Positions 56,246 through 64,000 of a stretch of DNA of 64,000 nucleotides are shown in pieces. This DNA is from the human T2T-CHM13v2.0 reference genome, Homo sapiens. How positions within the stretch are numbered: the first letter of the stretch is position 1; each line of letters begins with the position of its first letter. The stretch lies in NCBI RefSeq assembly GCF_009914755.1, contig NC_060929.1, one strand, 5' to 3'. Made by a program: the position numbers and the translations under genes. Under the pieces are notes generated by a model, which saw nothing but the letters and a program-made list of their open reading frames with translations, was not told where the DNA came from and did no database searches.

Positions 56246-58129
56246 GAAATAAATATATATATATATATATATTTAATTTTATTTCTATAGACAGTGGTAG
56301 GCTCTGATTCCCATAGAGTTGAGAAGCTCAATTAATAAAAATCTAAACTTGACCTGCACACAGGATTTCACTAGGAACCACTGTAGAAAATCACATGCCA
56401 TCCCCATAGTGTCTGCGGGCCAATCTAACACAATGTATAAATTGGAAGGGACTGCTGCATTTGAACTGAACATAAATCAACAATGAGCACACTCTCACCC
56501 AAGACTAAAATGTAGCCACTTATTAAAGTATTAAGATAATTCCACACTAGCTCAAGGGCCTTAAGTGCACCGTCTGTTCCCCACTGCTAAGACCCCAGCC
56601 TCCCAATAATTCAGCAAACAAGGTGGGAAGTACTGGCATGACAAAGGTTTCCAACTCCTGCTCTAAGACTGGCTTCCATTCTGATTGTTGGTGCTTATAA
56701 TTGTTAAATACGTTAATATTATCCCTGGACCCATCCCATCCCTTTCCCTTCTGTAAATGTTGAAGAGCAGCATTGAAGTACCCTGATACATCCCTATTTA
56801 TCTAAAGATAAGCTAGGCATGATGAATAAGATTTGTTCAATTACTTAGGAAGAACCTGATATTTAATTATTCAGTGTTCCATTGAAAAGTCAGCTAAGAT
56901 GCTATGCTGAAAAAGCCTACTGTAATTTTTGAAAGATTAAGGCACTTCCAGTTAGAAATAGCACTGAAGTCCAGATAGTGTAAGGTTTCCACAGCAGATC
57001 ACTTTCTCATGGGCACAATTTTGTACCCTTAGGTAGTAATATCAACAAAAATTGCTGCTGCTTCAAACCAAGAGCACAGTGGACAAGTTAGAGTCTTCAA
57101 AACTAAGCAGGAGTACAACTCCTAGCTTCACAATTGCCCCTGAACTCTGTAAAAATTTAGCCCATTACATTGAAGAAACATGTAGTTTAATAAGTGTCAA
57201 AACTTATAGGGAAAAGTAGCCTTTGAACCCCTTCCTCCTGAAAAAGAAAAAAAGGAAAGATAACAGTTGAACCAAGTCAGTGGTGAAGATTAAATAGAAA
57301 CAGGAAATTAGAACTATGAGAAAATATTACATAAAAGGCAAACAAGCACAGAACAAATAAAATAATGCATAACAGGAAGGGATCCAAACCAATACAAACA
57401 ACTGCAAAGGATCTTCTTGGCAGACTTTCACACACAGAATTTGAGGAGGACAGAAACATTTAATTGTTGAGTAATACTTCTTAAATGATGTTTTACCTCA
57501 AGAAAATCGTATCAGTAAAGAATGTGAAAACGGTTGGGCAGCTGCGTCCACCCCTTCTAACCAAAGCCCAGCTGCAGGAAGAAAAGCCAGAAACAAGAGA
57601 GGAGACAAAGAATAATGAATGAGAGGATGAAATCCAGAAAAAAGAGAGAAATTATAATGAGACAGTGAAAAATTAAGCTGCAACTCAGAAAGATAGGCCA
57701 GAAAAAAAAGCTTTAAACAAACTGTAGTAAATGTAATTTAGAATGTTTTTAAACTCAACTATTGAAAACAAGTCTTTCTGAAACTAATTTGTAAGACTGG
57801 CAGATCCTTGAAACTCTTGTCCCAGTGGTGGAATGACTGAAAGACAGCACTATGCACTCACCATGTGGGCTCTCTGTGCTGCCAAGAGCTGTTTATAAAG
57901 TGGACTTAACTGAAAAATGGGTGAATATTTGACTAGTGGTTTTCTCTCTGATGTCTGACAAAGACAAAGTACAAAGGCTTGATACTCCTCTGATAAAGCA
58001 AAAAGGGAAATTTATTATTTGTATTTAGCAAAGCATATAGGGGAACTTTGTATTCAAATTATGATAGTGACCTAGGTCTTAAAATTTTACAGTAAACAAA
58101 TGTAGACTATGAGAGAAAATTCTGCTCAG

Positions 58130-58355
58130 TGTATGGGCTCAGCTATGAGACCACTTATATTTAAAACCCATTCTAACACTTGCTAGCTTTGTGCCTTGAG
58201 AGGGTCCCTTTGAATTTCAGATTACTCATAAATAAAATGAGAATCATAATGATGTCTAACTCAGGATTATTGAGAAGATTAAATTAGCTCACCTATGTAA
58301 AATCCTTAGTAAAGTGCTTGCCAAGTGACCAGTAAATGATAGCTCTTCTTATTCT
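58130..58355 (+). mobile_element. MIR
   Basis: acttgctagctttgtgccttga...aactcaggattattgagaagattaaattag. Confidence 0.7.
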
Positions 58356-58665
58356 GTGTATATTGAATATCCTCTCTGGCACTATTCCAGAAAGATCTAC
58401 CTCAGTTTGTTTAATATTTAGTGCTTTGTTAATACATATAATGTGTTTAATAAATCAATAACTATTAGATAAGCTAAGATCATGTCTACAATCAGTCAAT
58501 AAATAAATGTACGTCGAGTACTTTCCTTGGGCTAAGAGTACAATGGAAATTGAACAGTAAATATATGGACCCTACCCAAAAAGTGCTTATTAACTGAATT
58601 AATTTGTGACCAATTTCAGAGAGTAAAACTTTATGTTAAAGTAGGTAGTACAAAAATCTATAAGA

Positions 58666-58968
58666 GGCCCTGTGCGGTGGCTTACGCCTATAATCCTAGG
58701 CACAGAGGCCAAGGCGGGTGGATCACCTGAGGTCAGGTGTTTGAGACCAGGCTGGCCAACATAGTGAAACCCTGCCTCTACTAAAAATACAAAAATTAGC
58801 CAGGCCTGGTGCCGGGCACCTTTAGTCCCAGCTACTCAGGAGGCTAAGGCAGGAGAATTGCTTGAACAGGGGAGGTGAAAGTTGCAGTAAGCCGAGATCA
58901 CACCGCTGCACTCCAGCCTGTGCGACGGAGTAAGATCCTGTCTCAATAAAACAACAACAACAACAAAA
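58666..58968 (+). mobile_element. AluSx-like with (CAA)n tail
   Basis: Full dimer; degenerate TSD aaaatctataaga / aaaactattaga. Confidence 0.93.
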
Positions 58969-59179
58969 CTATTAGAGTGCAGGGTAAATCAGTGAGAATG
59001 AGATGATCAGAGAAGGCTTAAGGGAGGAGGTAGAAAATAAAGGACACCTTGGAGGATGTGTATGATTACGACAGACGTCAAGCAATGAGACATACTTTCT
59101 ATTAAAGGAAATGATGCTAGCAGGATTATGGGTGAATGCAGAGTATATTTGACATTGGCTTGACTAATATGAATGGAGT

Positions 59180-62100
59180 TTTAAAAATATTTTTATTGAT
59201 ACATTATATTTATACATAATTATTGGGTACATGTGGTATTTTGTTACATTCTTGAACTGTGTAATGATCAAGGCAGGGTGTTGGTGTGTCCATCACCTCA
59301 AGTATTTATCATTCCTGTGTTGGGAACATTTCAAGTCCTCTCATCTAACTATTTTGATATTTACAATACATTATGGTTAACTACAGTCACCCTACTTTGC
59401 TATGGAACATTAGAGCTTATTTCTTCTATCTACCTGCATTTGTACTCATTAACTAAACTCTCTTTATCCTCCTTCCACCCCCCCCCCCCCACACACACAC
59501 ACACACTCTTCCCAGCCTCTGGTATCTATCATTCTATTCTCTTCGTTTATGAGATTAAGTTTTTAAGCTCCCACATATGAGTGAGAACATGCAATATTTG
59601 TTTTTCTGTTCCTGGCTTATTTCACTGAACATAATGACGTCCATTTCCATCCATGTTGCTGCAAATGACATAATCCCATTTTTCTTTACACCTGAATAGT
59701 ATTCCATTGTGCATGTAAACCACATTTTCTCTATCCTGACATCTGCTGATAGAGATTTCGGTGGATTTCACATCTTTCTTATTGTGAATAGTGGTGTGAT
59801 AAACACACAAATGCAGATATTCCTTTGATTTACTGATTTCCTTTGGATAAATACCCAGTAGTGAGATTACTGGACCATGTGGTATTTCTTTTAGTTTTAT
59901 GAGAAATTTTCATATTGTTTTCTATATTGGCTAAACTAGTTTGCTTTCCCACCAACAGTGCATGAGTTACCTGTTTTCCACATTCTTGCCAGCATCTGTT
60001 TTTTTTTTCTTTTCAATAGTAGCCACTTCAACTGAGGTATAATGATATCTCATTTTGGTTTTGATTTGCATTTCCCTAATGATTAGTGATGTTAAGCATT
60101 TTGTCATATATCTGTTGGCCATTTGTGTGTCTTCTTTGGATACATATCTGTTTGTGTCCTTTGCCCACTTTCTAATGGGAAATTTTCACTGTTTCATTGT
60201 TTGAGTTCCTCATATATTTTAAATATTAGTCCCCTGTCAGATGAATAGTTTGCAAATATTTTCTCTCAATCAACAGGTTGTCTCTTTACTCTATTGATTG
60301 TTTTCTGTGATGGGAGAAGCTCTTTAGTTTAATATTATCCCATTCATCTATTTTTGTTTTTGTTGCCTGTGCTTTCAAGATCGTAACCATAAAATCCTTG
60401 CCTAGACCAATGTCCTGAAGTGTTTCCCCTATGTTTTATTCTAGTAGTTTTATAGTTTCTGGTCTTACATTTAAGTCTTTAATCCATCTTACATTGATTT
60501 TTGTGTATGGTGAGAAATAAGGCTCCAGTTTCCTTCTTCTGCATATGGATATCTAATTTTCCCAACCAGTATTTATTTATTGTCCTTTTCCCAATGTATG
60601 TTCTTGGTGCCTTTGTTGAAGATCAGTTGGCTGTAAATACATGAATTTATTTCTGGGTTCTCTATTCTATTCCACTGGTTTTTGTGTCTGTTTTTATACC
60701 AATACCATGCTGTTTTGATTACTATAGCTTTTTAATATATTTTCAAGTCAGATAGTGTAATGCCTCCAGCTTTTTTTCTTTTTGTTCAGGATTGCTTTAG
60801 ATATTCAAGCTCATTTTTCTTCTATATAAATTTTAGGATTGGTATTTTGATAGAGATTGCATTGAGTCTGTAGATTGCTTTGGGCAGTATGGTCATTTTA
60901 ACAATATTAATGTTTCCAATCCATGGGCATGAGATATCTTTTTATTTGTTTGTGTTGCCTTTGATTTCTTTCATCAGTGTTTTATAGTTTTTCTTATAAA
61001 GGTCATTTACCTTCTTGGTTACATTTATTTCTAGGTATTTTAATTTTTTGTAGCTATTGTAAATGGGATTGCCTTCTTGAGTTCTTTTTCAGCTAGTTCA
61101 TTATTGGTGTATCAAAATGCTATTTGTTTTTGTATGGTAATTTTGTATCTTGCAACTTTACTGAATTTACTTATCAGATCTAAAAATTTTTTTTTTGCTG
61201 GAGTCTTCAGGCTTTTCTAGATATTAAAACATGTCATCTACAAAGAGAAACAATTTGACTTCTTCCTTTCCAATTTGGATGCCTTTTATTTCTTTCTCTT
61301 TCCTAATTGCTCTGGCTAGGACTTCCAGGACTATGTTCAATGGGACTGATGAAAGTCAGAATCCTTGCCTTGTTCCAGTTCTTACAGGTAGGTTTTCAGC
61401 TTTTCCCCCATTTAATATAATTTTAGCTGGGCTTTGTTATATATGGTCTTTATTGTGTTGAAGTACATACCTACTATACTTAATTTCTAGGGAGTTTTAT
61501 CATGAAAGAATATTAAATTTTAGCAAATGCTTTTCCTGTGTCTATTTAGATGATTATTTGACTTTTGTCCCTCATTCTGTTGACATAATGTATCACATTT
61601 ATTTATTTGAGTATGTGGAACTACTCTTGCATTCCTGAGATAAATTTCATTTGGTCATGATGTATTATCTTTTTGATTAGCTGTTGGATTCAGTTTTGTG
61701 TTTTATTGAGAATTTTTGCATCTTTGTTCATTAGGGATATTGACCCATAGTTCTTTTTTGTTGTGTCCTTGTCTGTTCTTGGTGTCAGGGTAATCCTGGC
61801 CTCATAGACCCAGCTAGAGGGTATTCCCTCCAAATTTTCAGAATAATTTTAGAATTGTTGTTAGTTCTACTTTGAATGTTTGGTAGAATACAGCAATGAA
61901 GCCATCAGTCTTGGACTTTTCTTTACTAATAGACTTTTTATTAGTGAATCAATCTCATTGCTTGTTACTGTCTGTTAATGTTTTCTATTTTTTCCTGACC
62001 CAATCTTGGTAGACTGTATGTGTCCAGCAATGTATCCATTTTATCTAGGTTTCCCAGTATGTAATAGTCTCTGATGATCTTTTGTCTTTTTGTAGTATCA

Positions 62101-64000
62101 GTTGAAATGTCACCTTTTTCATTTTTGATTTTATTTCTTTTAGTCATCTCTCTTTATATCTTGATTAGCCTAGCTACCAATTTACTGATTTTGTTTATAT
62201 TTTCAAAAAACCAACTTTTCATTGAATTGATCCTTTGTATTTTTTGTTTTAGTCTCTATTTCATTTAGTTCTGCTCCTATCTTTATTATTTCTTTCCTTC
62301 TACTAGTTTTGAGTTTGGTTCATTCTTGCTCTTCTGATTCCTTGAGGTACATTGTTAGGCTGTCTATTTGGAATCTTTCTTCTTTGATGTAGGCATTTAT
62401 TGCTGTAAACTTCCCTCTTAACACTACTTTTGCTATATCTCATAGGTTTTGGAATGTCGTGTTTCAATTCTTATTTGTTTCAAGAAAATTTTTAATTTCC
62501 TCCTTAATTCCTTCTTTGACCCAAAGGTCATTAAGGAGCACGTTGTTTAATTTCCATGTATTTTGTACAGTTTCTCAAATTCTTGTTATTGACTTCTTGT
62601 TTTATTCTACTGTCGTCTGAGAAGATACTTGATGTGATTTCAACTTTTTAAAAAATTTTAAGACTTGTTTCATGCCTAACATATGGGTCTATATGGGATA
62701 ATGTTCAATGTGCTTGTATTAGTTCATTTTCATACTGCTATAAAGAACTACCTGAGACTGGCTAATCTATGAAGAAAATAGGTTTAATTGATTCGCAGTT
62801 CTGCAGGTTTAACAGGAAGCATGACTGGGAGGCCTCAGTTAGCTTACAATTATGGCAGGAGGTGAAGGGGAAGCAAGCACCTTCTTCACATGGTGACAGG
62901 AGAGAAAGAGAGAGAGATACCAAGGAGGGAAGTGCCACAAACTTTCAAACCATCAGATCTCATGAGAACTCACCCTATCATAAGAATAGCATGAGGAAAG
63001 TCAGCCCCCATGATCCAATAATCTCTCACCTCGTTCCTCCCCCCAACAATGTGAATTACAATTCAATATGAGATTTAGGTGGGGACACAGAGCCAAACCA
63101 TATCAGTGCTAAGGAGAAGAATGTATATTTTGAAGCTATTGGGTGAAATATTCTGTAAATGTCTGTAAGTCCATTTGGTATAAAGTGCAGTTTAAATCCA
63201 GTGTTTCCTTGTTAATTTTCTGTCTAGATGGTCTGTCTAATGTTGAGAGTGGGGTGTTAAATTCCCCAAATATTATTGTATTGGAGTCTATCTCTCCTTT
63301 TAGGTCAATAATATTTGCTTATATATTGGACTGCTCCAGTGTTGGGTACGTATATGTTTAGATTGTTATATCATTTTATTGAATTTATTCCTTTATCATT
63401 ATACAATGACTTTTTGTCTTTCTTTTTTTCTAATGTTTTTGAATTAAAGTCTGTTTTACCTGAGTATAGCTACTCCTGCCCCCTTTTGTTTTGTGCTTGC
63501 ATTGAATAATTTTTTCCATCTCTTTACTTTCAGTCTATGTGTGTCTTTACATATAAGATGAGTTTCTTGAAGACAATATATAGTGGGGTTATGGTTTTTA
63601 TTTTTTAATCCATTCAGCCAGTCTATATCTTTTAAGTGGAAAGTTTTATCCATTTACATTCAGGGTTATTATTGATATGTGAGGGCTTATTCTTATTGTT
63701 TTATTAATTAATTTCTGGTTGTTTTGTATATCCTTTGTTCTTTTCTTCCTACCTTATTTTTATCACTGTGGTGTGGTGGTTTTCTGTAGTGGTAACACTT
63801 TAGTCCTTTCTCATCCTTATTTGTGTGTTTGCTGTACCAGTGGGTTTTATACTTTCATGAATTTTGATGATGGTAGATGCCAACATTTTGATTCCAGATG
63901 TAGGACTCCCTTAAGTATTTTTTATAGGGCTGGTCTAGTGGTAATGAATTCTCTCAGCTTTTGCTTGTCTGGGAAAAACTATTTCTCCCTCATTTATGAA
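59180..64000 (-). mobile_element. Long L1MA (L1MA2-4-like) element: 3' UTR through decayed ORF2, continuing beyond the window
   Basis: L1MA-type 3' UTR (tgtgtaatgatcaa...catcacctcaagtatttatc), collinear antisense ORF2; remnants [12 protein letters not shown] and endonuclease motif TIYCLQETHL (ORF 63456-63653). Confidence 0.93.
62715..63105 (-). mobile_element. THE1D/MSTA MaLR solo LTR inserted into the L1MA
   Basis: tgtattagt...ggggacacagagccaaaccatatca with perfect 5-bp TSD GTGCT (62710-62714 and 63106-63110). Confidence 0.93.

Overview
Primate (very probably human) AT-rich, gene-poor genomic DNA. I find no intact protein-coding gene, RNA gene or CpG island. Contents: (i) an intronless processed pseudogene of the chaperonin subunit CCT7/TCP1-eta (minus strand, ~1455-3004), unusual in keeping its 5' UTR while lacking the last ~45 codons, 3' UTR, poly(A) and TSD, with a second short inverted CCT7-like fragment at ~3312-3349; (ii) a young L1PA2/3 insertion with a twin-priming 5' inversion and 17-bp TSD (3953-6192); (iii) many interspersed repeats (Alu, L1PA4, L1MA, L1ME, L2, L3/CR1, MIR, MaLR/ERV LTRs, hAT and mariner fossils), often nested; (iv) repeat-poor stretches with developmental TF motif clusters and some strong splice signals, possibly enhancers and lncRNA exons. 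From memory, a CCT7 retrocopy in such a desert fits CCT7P2 in the 5q14.3-q15 desert near NR2F1 (inference, unverified). I see no convincing new biological system; the most unusual signal is the architecture of the CCT7 retro-insertion. Repeat subfamily calls are by eye from recalled consensus sequences, and boundaries of old repeats are approximate.
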